32,425 nucleotides of DNA, from NCBI GenBank assembly GCA_043739525.1, contig JAYUEB010000584.1, forward strand, positions 1 to 32,425, read 5' to 3'. The translations under genes and the position numbers were made by a program. Shown here piece by piece: positions 1-8,473 of this stretch (the stretch's first letter is position 1; each line of letters opens with the position of its first letter). This DNA comes from Bdellovibrionales bacterium (lineage in GTDB: Bacteria; Bdellovibrionota; Bdellovibrionia; Bdellovibrionales; JAMPXM01). The notes under the pieces were generated by a model. The model was not told the DNA's origin, did not search any database, and saw nothing but the letters and a program-made list of their open reading frames with translations.

Positions 1-102
1 GGTTTCGAATCGAATGGCTATTTAATCAGAGATCTTTTTGAAAAGATTTCGATTCAACCGGCTTGTTTGGGTTCTTCTCCGACAAGTACTGCTAGTAACT
101 AG
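1..102 (+). CDS. 3' end of an upstream gene (partial, product unknown)
   Basis: Frame +1 is open from base 1 to TAG at 100-102 (GFESNGYLIRDLFEKISIQPACLGSSPTSTASN*). There is no in-window start and no recognisable motif. Confidence 0.3.
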   Translation, partial: GFESNGYLIRDLFEKISIQPACLGSSPTSTASN

Positions 103-150
103 GAAATAGAGATCTCGGATTTTAATTTTAGTTTAGAAAAAGAGGCGGAT

Positions 151-858
151 ATGAAGAACTTAAATCAAAAAATTCTCGTAAGACCAAGAATAGCATTGGG
201 AGTTTTGTTTTCTGCGGTTATTTCAACCGTCGTTTTTCAAAACTGTAGTAAGGGTGTCTTGCAGGATAATACAAATTTATCGGCGAACTCTGTACCTCAA
301 ATCACTTCAAATGCTGTTGGTGTGGTTACAATGAGGCAGGTTTATAACTCAATGTTAAGCGTAACAAAAAATAATATTGGTACTTCATCTATCTCAGCTA
401 CAGACGTTGCAAACTTGACTTCTCCAGTTTCAGGTACTGGAGATCCAAGTTCTGTGAATGGTCCTAACTGGATGGCAATCACAAGTCTTTCAGGACTCGG
501 TTGTATTGACGTGATGGCAAGCGAAGCAAACCTTCAAAAAGCAGGCTCAGCTCCAAACTTTTTAACTAAAGTGAATTTGTGGGCAACACCACCAATGATT
601 CAAGATGCTCAGATACAAGACTCAGCTAGCCATTTTGCGCGAGCATATTGGGGAAGAAATCTGACATCTGATGAGAGTGCAACAATCCTTGCAGCCATGA
701 GCGCTTCGTTTTCAGACATTCGAGCTCCTGCAGGAAACCAAACTGCTGGTAATCCGAAAACAGATCCAGTGAATGCTGGAACAAATCGCATGATGTACTT
801 TCTCTGCATGGCGATGCTCTCTTCGATGGATACGCATAAGCGTGTCACTTCGAACTAG
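151..858 (+). CDS. putative lipoprotein of unknown function (Q-N-C lipobox), first gene of a three-gene cassette
   Basis: ATG at 151 is preceded by AGAGG (141-145). N-terminal signal peptide ends in 'VVFQNCSKG'. The segment 'HFARAYWGRNLTSDESATILAAM' resembles the conserved helix of partner proteins of DUF1501/DUF1552-type genes, from memory only. Confidence 0.65.
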   Translation: MKNLNQKILVRPRIALGVLFSAVISTVVFQNCSKGVLQDNTNLSANSVPQITSNAVGVVTMRQVYNSMLSVTKNNIGTSSISATDVANLTSPVSGTGDPSSVNGPNWMAITSLSGLGCIDVMASEANLQKAGSAPNFLTKVNLWATPPMIQDAQIQDSASHFARAYWGRNLTSDESATILAAMSASFSDIRAPAGNQTAGNPKTDPVNAGTNRMMYFLCMAMLSSMDTHKRVTSN

Positions 859-909
859 TCTTTCTCGTTTGTGGGTTTTAATTTTTGAGATTTTATTATT
901 GGGGGAAAT

Positions 910-2499
910 ATGAAAAAGCAACTTTTAAACCAAGATGGTATTCCGGTTTTCTTACATAATGACGGCCATCATAAGAAGCCGACCACTCGTCGTGACTTCT
1001 TGTCGACGGGACTCCTGAGCTTTTCAGGAACTCTGTTTGCTCCCTCAATTCTTCAGACTTTATTTACAAGCTCTTCAGCTCAGGCTGCTGGTTGTGCGGT
1101 TGCGCAAGCCAACACCCTCCCAGCATTTATTAATATTAATTGCTCGGGCGGTCCTGCCTTCGCAAGTTACTTCGTTCCAATGGGAAAAGATGGAAGTACA
1201 CTTCCAACTTACAGTGCTGTCGGGCTAGGAAAAGCTCCTGGTATTCAAACTGTTTTTAATAACGTTCCAATACCAATATATAATGCGACGACTGTTTATT
1301 CTGGTACGGGAAAATCGATCAGTCCTGCGAGTCCGATCACTGCAGCGACGCCTCCCTCTACAAATTTACCTCCGGGTGCCGCAGATCCAACTTTGCCTTA
1401 TGTGAGTCAGTTTATGCAGGCCGTTTTGCTTGCGATCAATCCTGATATTCAAGCAAAAACTTCGATGGTGTCTGTGTTATGCCAATCACAAGATGATAGC
1501 AGTACGAATCCAGTGAATATTACAGGTTTAGTCCAAGCTGCTGGTTATGTTGGTGATACCTTACCGCCATTGGGCACAAACGCGACATCTACGGGTGTTG
1601 CAAATATGCCTGCTCAAGTGAATCCATCTGCGCCTTCAGTGGTTCAAAGTTTTGCGGATATCACGAACGCGATTTCACTTCATACAAAAGTGCGTGCGCA
1701 ATTAAATAACGATCCAAAACTTTTTCAAGCAGTGCTCAATTTAACTAAAAATTTATCTTCTTCTCAAGCAAGAACTCTCGCAAGTGCAAATGGTTCAAAC
1801 TCAGCAACGACACTCGGAAATCTTGTCACTTGCGCGACAGGTAAAAACTATGACTTATCAAGCGCTGGAACAACAGCTCTTGACCCAATGAATGATGCGA
1901 ATACAAAAGCAATTTGGGGTCTTGGTAGTAACACAAATATGGCGAGCATGAGTCAAGCGACTCGTTACGCATTTGCCGGAATCGTTTGGAATCTTTTGCA
2001 AGGACATAGTGGTACTGGCGGTATTAACCTTGGTAGTAACGATTATCATGGTAACGCAAGAACAACTACGGATCTTGTAGATTTTAGAAACGGAGCAGTA
2101 GTTGGAAATATTTTAGCGACTGCAGCGGCGCTCGGTAAAAAAGTATTTATTCAGTTAACTTGTGACGGAGCAACTGGTTCAAACGTTTCAGATGACGTTG
2201 CTGATGCCAGCGGTGACCGAGGAATCGGTGGCGGACAACTTTGGATTGCTTACGATCCAGCTGGTCGCCCAGCTACAAGCGGAAACCAATTGGGTAATAT
2301 GACAAATTCACAGGGTGCAGATAGCACGGCTGTCGTTGGTTCGGATGCAATGCGAGCTTCAATCGCTTGCTGGAGAAATTACTTGCAGTTTGCAAGTGCT
2401 TCGACTGCTCAAACGATGTTTAATAAAATTATTCCTGCAAATACTTCTTCTGACTTTGATGCTGCAACTCTTGCTCAAATATTAAAGTTTCAAGGCTGA
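910..2499 (+). CDS. Tat-exported protein, divergent DUF1501-like (alkaline-phosphatase/sulfatase-superfamily-like)
   Basis: Twin-arginine signal 'TTRRDFLSTGLLSF...SSAQAAG'. 'FININCSGGPAFASYFVP' and 'LGSNDYHGN' resemble the N-terminal GG..D...vP and GGFDTH motifs of DUF1501, as recalled. G-rich SD-like run at 901-905. Confidence 0.6.
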   Translation: MKKQLLNQDGIPVFLHNDGHHKKPTTRRDFLSTGLLSFSGTLFAPSILQTLFTSSSAQAAGCAVAQANTLPAFININCSGGPAFASYFVPMGKDGSTLPTYSAVGLGKAPGIQTVFNNVPIPIYNATTVYSGTGKSISPASPITAATPPSTNLPPGAADPTLPYVSQFMQAVLLAINPDIQAKTSMVSVLCQSQDDSSTNPVNITGLVQAAGYVGDTLPPLGTNATSTGVANMPAQVNPSAPSVVQSFADITNAISLHTKVRAQLNNDPKLFQAVLNLTKNLSSSQARTLASANGSNSATTLGNLVTCATGKNYDLSSAGTTALDPMNDANTKAIWGLGSNTNMASMSQATRYAFAGIVWNLLQGHSGTGGINLGSNDYHGNARTTTDLVDFRNGAVVGNILATAAALGKKVFIQLTCDGATGSNVSDDVADASGDRGIGGGQLWIAYDPAGRPATSGNQLGNMTNSQGADSTAVVGSDAMRASIACWRNYLQFASASTAQTMFNKIIPANTSSDFDAATLAQILKFQG

Positions 2500-2531
2500 G
2501 GTAATTATAATTTTATTGGTTTGGGGTTGGT

Positions 2532-3413
2532 ATGTATGCACGTAAGTTGAAAATTATGTTAGCCCTGTTCGCTTCGATGCTCGTCTACCAGAACTGTGGA
2601 GGCGAGTTCAATGCAAACGGTGAAGGCGTTGTCGTCGCGAGTTCAGACGCTTGCGAAGCGGGAACACAAGCTCTCTTTCAAACAACATTTTATCCGTTCA
2701 CAACACAGAACTGTGTGTCATGTCATACGGCTGCTGGTCCTGGCCTTGGGGCTTTCGCAGATCCAAACGTAGGTTATGCTTACCAAGCTTTCGCTTTGTT
2801 AACTGCAAACACGATTGCGTCTTACGCAACAAATGCGGGACATGCGCCTCCGCACACAGGAACGCAAAACAATGCGGCGATGAATCCGATTATGTCGACA
2901 TGGAAAACCCAAACAAACTGCGGCGGTGGCGGCGGAGAGGGCGGAATTTCAACTACCCAAAAAGTCATGAATCTCACGACGGCTGGACCTACCTATGGAA
3001 TTGGAACCGCTCAAGTCATAGCTTGGGACTTAAGTAAGGATGTCTCCAACGTAAAAGGTTTGGTGGGTACTTTGCAAATTAAAGTCTACGTTGATATTCA
3101 TCAGTTGGGCCCAAACAACAACGCATATAACTATGTATTTCTGAATCCTACGATTCTTAATAACACGGCTTCGAATATTCATATTAGTGGAATTCATATG
3201 TCTATCAATGGTGCTTTGGCGAGTACAGTGACGGCCTATAATCTCGTTGATGTAATTTTGCCGATGTCGAATACAAAAACTCTCATTAGTGCTATCGGAG
3301 AGCCGTATATTATGGATGCGGGTATTATGCCGACGGATACCGTGAGCCTCAGTATTGACCTCATTGAAAACACCAAAGATACACCGACAACAGGTCTGCC
3401 AACCGGCCCTTAA
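2532..3413 (+). CDS. lipoprotein with a single c-type haem motif (CxxCH), PSCyt-like N-terminus, beta-rich C-terminal domain
   Basis: Signal peptide plus 'LVYQNCGGE'. 'TQNCVSCHTAAGPG' haem-binding motif lies about 40 aa after the lipid Cys. Gly run 'CGGGGGEGG' acts as a linker. Only 32 nt separate it from the upstream gene. Confidence 0.7.
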   Translation: MYARKLKIMLALFASMLVYQNCGGEFNANGEGVVVASSDACEAGTQALFQTTFYPFTTQNCVSCHTAAGPGLGAFADPNVGYAYQAFALLTANTIASYATNAGHAPPHTGTQNNAAMNPIMSTWKTQTNCGGGGGEGGISTTQKVMNLTTAGPTYGIGTAQVIAWDLSKDVSNVKGLVGTLQIKVYVDIHQLGPNNNAYNYVFLNPTILNNTASNIHISGIHMSINGALASTVTAYNLVDVILPMSNTKTLISAIGEPYIMDAGIMPTDTVSLSIDLIENTKDTPTTGLPTGP

Positions 3414-3420
3414 ATAGGTA

Positions 3421-3480
3421 GCTCTTCAGGCCGCGGTGCTAAGGGTGCCGCCGCTAGAGCCTCAAGAGGTCGATCTTTTT
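3421..3480 (+). terminator. candidate terminator: imperfect GC-rich dyad followed by a distal T5 run
   Basis: Positions 3421-3460 (gctcttcaggccgcggtgctaagggtgccgccgctagagc) pair as 5 bp + 3 bp + 3 bp with internal mismatches. TTTTT lies at 3476-3480. The element sits directly after the 151-3413 cassette. Confidence 0.3.
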
Positions 3481-3547
3481 CAATCGTATCAAAGCTTTCA
3501 ATAAATCTCACTTTGAGACATTTCATCTTCATGTTAGCCTTCTTGCC

Positions 3548-4120
3548 ATGAAAAACATTTTATTTTTTGCAATAACAATAGCGCTCAATCAATCATGTGT
3601 AACTGATAGCGCAAATCTTAAGGTGACGTCGGTCGATTATTCTCCCGCTGTCGAGCATTCGGTCGTACATTTTTCAAGCGGAAAAAAGCTTGAGGACTTT
3701 GGTCATTTTGCAATGCTGAGTTTTGTGGGACAGTTTGAAATACCTTCGCCAGCAAAAAAACCTTATCACGTATTTCTATTTCGTACAGAGCAAGAGTCAA
3801 GCGACACCGGTCCAAGTCTGGTCGTCTTAGTTTACGAAAATAACGAGAGATCATTGACCGGCTATCCAACGATACATAAAGACGATGAAACAGGTAAGGT
3901 GACTGGTTCCGACCGCGTATTTTACGGTAAATGTTTATCGAACGAAAATCAGGTCGTCGACTTTTGGGATGACTCGTCTGAAAAAACTCACACCTACAAT
4001 ATCGAAAAAACAATTTTTAGAGAAGCTATGCCAAGTCCTGAGAAATTAAGCATCGACAAGAAACAATTCGAAGCAAGCCTGAAGCAATTGCCCACTAAGG
4101 ATTGCAAAGAGCTAAAATGA
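3548..4120 (+). CDS. putative lipoprotein, unknown function
   Basis: Signal peptide 'MKNILFFAITIALNQSCV' with a lipobox-like NQSC. Its stop overlaps the next gene's start (ATGA at 4117-4120). Confidence 0.6.
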   Translation: MKNILFFAITIALNQSCVTDSANLKVTSVDYSPAVEHSVVHFSSGKKLEDFGHFAMLSFVGQFEIPSPAKKPYHVFLFRTEQESSDTGPSLVVLVYENNERSLTGYPTIHKDDETGKVTGSDRVFYGKCLSNENQVVDFWDDSSEKTHTYNIEKTIFREAMPSPEKLSIDKKQFEASLKQLPTKDCKELK

Positions 4121-4905
4121 AAGTTCATCACCTCAATTGTGGATGCATGTGCCCAATTGGAGCCTCGCTTTTCCCTACGGTGTTTCCCAAAAAAGTGATT
4201 TGTCATTGCTTACTACTTGAAACCAAAGTTGGGCTTATATTAATTGATACCGGATTTTCTAAGTCTGTTTTAGAGAAGCCGAAACGTATGGGAGTGCTTT
4301 ATCCATTTCTTGGGCTTCAGAAATCTTCGGATATTTCAGCAGTCAATCAGGTTCTGCGGCTTGGATTTAAAATTGAAGATTTCACACATGTGATTCCGAC
4401 GCATTTGGATGTCGATCATGCAGGTGGTATTTCAGATTTTCCGACGGCGAAAGTACATGCTTCCGATCGTGAGCTAGAAGCTGTGTTGCGTCCGAGAGGT
4501 ATTCCAGAAAGAGCTCGTTATCAGGGCTTTTCGATAGGTGATCTCTCGCGCTGGCAAATTCACTCCTTCGATGCTGGAGAAAATTGGTTTGGGTTTAAGG
4601 CTGTGCATGCGGTGCCGCAGCTTGAAGATGAAGTTTTATTGATACCCTTGTTTGGTCACACACGGGGGCATTATGGTGTGGCTGTGAAAAATAATGGCAA
4701 ATGGTTGTTTCATGTTGGTGATGCTTATTATTTTCATTCAGAACTGAATGTTGAAAAATCTTTTTCGCTTAAACTATTTCAGCGAAGTGTTCATTGGGAT
4801 TTTGAGAAGGCAATGGAGAATCAGAAACGACTGATGCAGCTTAAGTCTGCGCACTCATCCGAAATTCAGATGTTCAGTGCGCATGATCCTTATGAGATGC
4901 TTTAA
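4117..4905 (+). CDS. MBL-fold metallo-hydrolase
   Basis: 'LLIDTGFS', 'THLDVDHAGG' (an HxDxDH variant of HxHxDH), 'FGHTRGH' and 'HVGDAYY' give the motif order typical of the metallo-beta-lactamase fold. I prefer the ATG at 4117 (MKVHHLNCG) because it gives ATGA coupling to the upstream ORF. Confidence 0.85.
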   Translation: MKVHHLNCGCMCPIGASLFPTVFPKKVICHCLLLETKVGLILIDTGFSKSVLEKPKRMGVLYPFLGLQKSSDISAVNQVLRLGFKIEDFTHVIPTHLDVDHAGGISDFPTAKVHASDRELEAVLRPRGIPERARYQGFSIGDLSRWQIHSFDAGENWFGFKAVHAVPQLEDEVLLIPLFGHTRGHYGVAVKNNGKWLFHVGDAYYFHSELNVEKSFSLKLFQRSVHWDFEKAMENQKRLMQLKSAHSSEIQMFSAHDPYEML

Positions 4906-6071
4906 ACTGAAGCCGCCGGCGCAGGAGGTGCTGGCGTCGGAGTAGGTGAAGCCGCCGGCGGATTTAGTATCGTCATAAGCGCCGCCAAAAAAGTAGCGCT
5001 CTGATCAACAAATACATTGTGTGAAGCCGAATCAATCATCACGAATCTTTCAGGATGCGTATCCGCACCTAGTGAAGTCTTTATTTGAGCAAGGGATGTG
5101 GCATCGAAAAGCCCGTCTTCGCTCCCATAAATTCCTTCAATGAGGCCTTGTAGATTATTGTTTGTCACAGTCGTATTATGATTAGTCACATAAGCATATT
5201 CGTTCACATGAATATAATCTTCATTTGTTAAAAACGAATCAATTGGAAGAGTTTTGTTTTCATTCGATATTGTGACGCGTAGCTGGCTAATCATCAAATA
5301 ATATTTCGAGGCAGCTATAGTTGGAGCCTTGGGAGTATAGAGGCCTGCAGCTCCGCCACAGCTTCCAGCTTGTTCAAATATTTTAGCAATATTTTTTGCG
5401 CGCTCAATGTGAGGAACATCGGGAGTTGAAAGTCTTTTCAATGAATCTTTGATGTCCGTAACTTTATCCGCGTCACCAGGTTTCGTGTAGCGAGCTTGGC
5501 AACTTGTTGAAATGCTTCCGATCATTTGAAAAACATCGAGTGGAGTGTTGACCAAAACAATTTTGCGAGCAACGCCTGGAAACATCTCGTCATATTTCAG
5601 AGCGATAATACCACCATGCGAGTGACCAATAATAATAGGATGCGAGAGATTAAAAAATGCGATGAGAGAATTGATATCTTTTGCGTATTGACTATAGGTA
5701 TAGTCAGAAGAATTTCGGGCATTGTCACTTCGACCTTGTCCACGCAGGTCGTATGAAATGACATAGTAGCCTTTAGCCGCAATTTGCGCGGCCATTCCAA
5801 GAGTTTGAGCAATTCCAAATTCGAAGTACATGCTGTTAACACTCGGTCCACCCGAACTACGAGTTGATGGATCAACGCCTGGATCACCAAAACTGTCGTG
5901 AATAAAAATTAGTGGAGTCGTGCCTGGATCTCCGAAACTATGTGCATAGAGACCGTCAACACGAATCGGATTTGGTGGCGACTGTTGAAGTCCGTTTCCG
6001 CAACCCAAAAGGATGTTTAATGTCATGACAAGAAAAAGACTTCCGATAAAGCTTTGTATGTATTTTTTCAT
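4902..6071 (-). CDS. alpha/beta-hydrolase lipoprotein with a Pro/Ala/Thr-rich C-terminal tail
   Basis: Signal peptide plus 'ILLGCGNG' lipobox. Nucleophile elbow 'IIGHSHGG'. 'PLIFIHDS' is an oxyanion-region-like segment. I chose the start at 6071 (MKKYIQ) because the upstream ATG at 6089 lies inside the terminator stem at 6088-6116. Confidence 0.8.
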   Translation of the reverse strand: MKKYIQSFIGSLFLVMTLNILLGCGNGLQQSPPNPIRVDGLYAHSFGDPGTTPLIFIHDSFGDPGVDPSTRSSGGPSVNSMYFEFGIAQTLGMAAQIAAKGYYVISYDLRGQGRSDNARNSSDYTYSQYAKDINSLIAFFNLSHPIIIGHSHGGIIALKYDEMFPGVARKIVLVNTPLDVFQMIGSISTSCQARYTKPGDADKVTDIKDSLKRLSTPDVPHIERAKNIAKIFEQAGSCGGAAGLYTPKAPTIAASKYYLMISQLRVTISNENKTLPIDSFLTNEDYIHVNEYAYVTNHNTTVTNNNLQGLIEGIYGSEDGLFDATSLAQIKTSLGADTHPERFVMIDSASHNVFVDQSATFLAALMTILNPPAASPTPTPAPPAPAASV

Positions 6072-6087
6072 GGGGTTTATATAGCAC

Positions 6088-6116
6088 AAAAGCAGCCCTT
6101 TGCTAAGGCTGCTTTT
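6088..6116 (-). terminator. intrinsic terminator downstream of 6164-7543
   Basis: AAAAGCAGCC (6088-6097) pairs with GGCTGCTTTT (6107-6116) around a 9-nt loop. On the minus strand the GC core is followed by TTTTGTG. Confidence 0.6.
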
Positions 6117-6163
6117 GAAAATTTGAAAGATTTGCTATAGGGCTCTAAACCCCTCTTAACCCG

Positions 6164-7543
6164 CTAATTTTGGAGGGCGTGAATGATGGCAAGCTTCTGC
6201 GGGTCGGTCAACGCGCTCAAATGACTTGAATAAGAGCTATCAAAGAGCAACATCGGCTTTGAATTCGCTTGGCCTAAAATAGCTTGTTTTAAGCGATCAA
6301 GAGTTTCATTTCCGATTTGGTTGCGCGAAATACTCAAGTCAAGATGGCAAAGTTTGCAATTGTTATTGTAAAGTTTAACCCCGTCGATTGCGATCAAGTA
6401 AAAATTTTGACTTCCATCATAGACGTTAGGAATAGGCGAACCTACAGCTGGATCTCCAAATTCTGCATTGATGACACAGTCAACGAACTGTGAGTAATCA
6501 TTTGCAGCAGTGTAAGGAATTGGCCCAGTCGGAGCGCAAGGAAGTCCATTTAATCCAAATTGTTTTGAGGCACTTGCTTTATTGAAGAACCTGAGTGTTT
6601 GTCCAACAAACAGAACGGTCGTCTGCAACAAGCCTTGAGGACCAATGTAGTTGGCACTTCCAGGATCAGGAGTCGGAGGATTTCCCATATTAGGAAGACC
6701 CGCAAAAGTAACCGCTAAAGCTCCACCGTAAGTGTAAGTTCCAGACCAAGTTGCTTGAGGAATCACAAATGGTCCACCATTAGGATCGCTACCCGTCACG
6801 TTAAGTGTGACATTGATTCCGACTGAAGTCGGAGCTGGTGAACCAGTCGGAGTTGGGCAGGTAACGGTTAAAGTATTTGTGTTCGTAGCGCCGCTCGTAC
6901 AACCACCAGATAAACTCCAGTTTGCTTGAGCTTCAGGCAAGAAGTTCTGGTTGTTAAATTTGAAAGTGAAAGTTCCAGGAGTTGCAGACGTCGTCTCTTT
7001 AATAATATAGTTACCAGTTTGCATAAATGCAGGAACAAAAGTAGGAGGTGTCACACCAATCTTATTCCAGTTTCCAGTCGCGGCAGTAATCACAAACGGA
7101 ACAAGGCTTGTTGAACGAGGTAAACCATCGTTTACTACAAAGTTTGATGTCAATGGTCCGATAACTCCACCAGATCCTGAATTGACGACGAGAGTAATTG
7201 AGAGAACGCCTTTACCAGTACAATTAACAATATAAGGATCAGCATTATCTGCACTGACCTCAGTACAAGTTGTTGTTGAGTTTAAAAGGTTGGTCCAAAC
7301 AAGCGGACCATTTCCAATTAGACTTTTATCAAAACTAAATGAAAGATTTTGATTTGGACTATAGTTATTTGTGAGCGCTGCAGTAATAACAGTCGATCCT
7401 TGAATCGAGTCTGCTGATACAGTGCTTGAGTTAGAAGAAAAACTAGGGCCGCAGTTTTGAAAGCTTAAGACCATAGTTGAAAAAACATAGGTCCAAATCC
7501 AAAACTTTTGACCTTTTAGATGAGCAAATCTTGAAGTCTTCAT
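6164..7543 (-). CDS. multidomain lipoprotein: two Ig-like Cys-pair modules, a cupredoxin-like module and a C-terminal monohaem cytochrome c-like domain
   Basis: Signal peptide plus 'LSFQNCGPS'. Repeated module 'W.N...C......Y.VNC..G.L.IT'. 'VGQTLRFFN...LPC...GP...VDCV' module at about aa 305-387. 'LYNNNCKLCH' at aa 391-400, with a downstream Met ('SKPMLL') as a possible sixth ligand. Confidence 0.75.
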   Translation of the reverse strand: MKTSRFAHLKGQKFWIWTYVFSTMVLSFQNCGPSFSSNSSTVSADSIQGSTVITAALTNNYSPNQNLSFSFDKSLIGNGPLVWTNLLNSTTTCTEVSADNADPYIVNCTGKGVLSITLVVNSGSGGVIGPLTSNFVVNDGLPRSTSLVPFVITAATGNWNKIGVTPPTFVPAFMQTGNYIIKETTSATPGTFTFKFNNQNFLPEAQANWSLSGGCTSGATNTNTLTVTCPTPTGSPAPTSVGINVTLNVTGSDPNGGPFVIPQATWSGTYTYGGALAVTFAGLPNMGNPPTPDPGSANYIGPQGLLQTTVLFVGQTLRFFNKASASKQFGLNGLPCAPTGPIPYTAANDYSQFVDCVINAEFGDPAVGSPIPNVYDGSQNFYLIAIDGVKLYNNNCKLCHLDLSISRNQIGNETLDRLKQAILGQANSKPMLLFDSSYSSHLSALTDPQKLAIIHALQN

Positions 7544-7575
7544 ATCAGATCCTTTCGAGAAAAAAAACCAAAGCT

Positions 7576-8310
7576 TTAGTGGCTGAGAGCAAAAACCAGC
7601 GCAGTTAAATTTGCCGTATCAGTCGCATCCGTCTGTATTAAGGTCGTCATTGCGGCTGTGTTATGCATGTTTCCCAAGTTACCGGTAATGACAGCCGTAA
7701 TTTGAGCCGCACTTGTATAGCGAATGCTCGATATAGCAAGAGGGTTGTGACAATTAACACAATTTGCAGAGTAAATAGCGGCCCCCGTTGCCATCATCGG
7801 ATTAGGAGTCGGCGTTGGAGTTGCGTTTGGATTAGGCGTAGGAGTCGGCGTTGGTGTAGGAGTCGGTGTTGGCAAGGCTGAACCGATGGCAAAGCTTGAT
7901 GCTTCTGAGCCTACGACTTGACCTTGTTGAATAATTGCAACCGTAATCAAGACTGTCCCTGGCGACGCACAATTAATAGTATAAGTTGGTGCCGATGGAA
8001 GACTGATTTCTCTACAGATCGAATTTGAATTATTAATGTTACTCCAAGCATAGTTTGCACCAGCAGGAATGTTTCCAGACACATTAAAATCGATATTTCC
8101 ACCAGCTGGCAACGTACTTTCAACAGCTACGATCTGAACCGGTACTGATGGCAATGGTACTTGAGATTGATTTGTGCTAGAGGCATTGTTTGTTGAGCCG
8201 CCCCCGCTTGATCCAAATCCCGACCCGCAGTTCTGATAAATCAAACTGGTTGAGGTAATAAGCGCTAACATTCCAATTACGTGCTTTTGTGTTTTCATAA
8301 AAATTCTCAT
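7576..8310 (-). CDS. lipoprotein: Ig-like Cys-pair module, PT linker and C-terminal monohaem cytochrome c-like domain (paralog of 6164-7543)
   Basis: Signal peptide plus 'LIYQNCGSG'. 'YAWSNINNSNSICREISLPSAPTYTINCASPGTVLITV' aligns with the module in the downstream gene. Linker '(PT)6 PNPNATPTPTPNP'. Haem motif 'IYSANCVNCH' with 'GNMHN'. An alternative start lies at 8298 (MKTQKH). Confidence 0.75.
   Translation of the reverse strand: MRIFMKTQKHVIGMLALITSTSLIYQNCGSGFGSSGGGSTNNASSTNQSQVPLPSVPVQIVAVESTLPAGGNIDFNVSGNIPAGANYAWSNINNSNSICREISLPSAPTYTINCASPGTVLITVAIIQQGQVVGSEASSFAIGSALPTPTPTPTPTPTPNPNATPTPTPNPMMATGAAIYSANCVNCHNPLAISSIRYTSAAQITAVITGNLGNMHNTAAMTTLIQTDATDTANLTALVFALSH
7796..7875 (-). 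repeat. imperfect tandem coding repeat (Pro-Thr linker)
   Basis: ggagtcggcgttgg occurs at 7805-7818 and 7841-7854, and ggagtcggtgttgg at 7859-7872. These encode the PTPTPT... linker of the 244-aa protein. Confidence 0.6.
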
Positions 8311-8406
8311 TTTCTTTTATGACTGAAGTCTATTCTAATGTGAACTTATCGGCCTCATGGTCGCTAGACTAAAGCCCCTGAAGTGATTTAACCTATTAAT
8401 ATGAGT

Positions 8407-8447
8407 GAAAAAGTTTTAAAATGGCTTTGTCGAAATCTTCGACAGCC
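8407..8447 (-). terminator. hairpin plus T-rich tail (minus strand), second of two terminator-like structures
   Basis: Minus strand reads GGCTGTCGAA-GAT-TTCGACAAAGCC (7 bp + 3 bp with a 2-nt bulge), followed by ATTTTAAAACTTTTT. Confidence 0.45.
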
Positions 8448-8473
8448 TAGGCATGATAATTTGACCCTAATTT

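Noticed and set aside
2651-3037. 128-aa ORF in another frame inside the 2532-3413 gene
   Set aside because: It is fully embedded in a better-supported gene. It has an Arg/Trp/Cys-rich composition typical of an off-frame shadow, with no start context or motif.
3618-4206. Antisense ORFs 3618-4013 and 3994-4206
   Set aside because: They lie opposite the lipoprotein/MBL genes. They are Arg-rich and low-complexity with no signal or domain motifs, so they are likely shadows.
7796-7875. Short periodic repeat that could be mistaken for a CRISPR or minisatellite
   Set aside because: It lies in-frame inside a CDS and encodes a Pro-Thr linker. Its period is 18/36 nt with no unique spacers.
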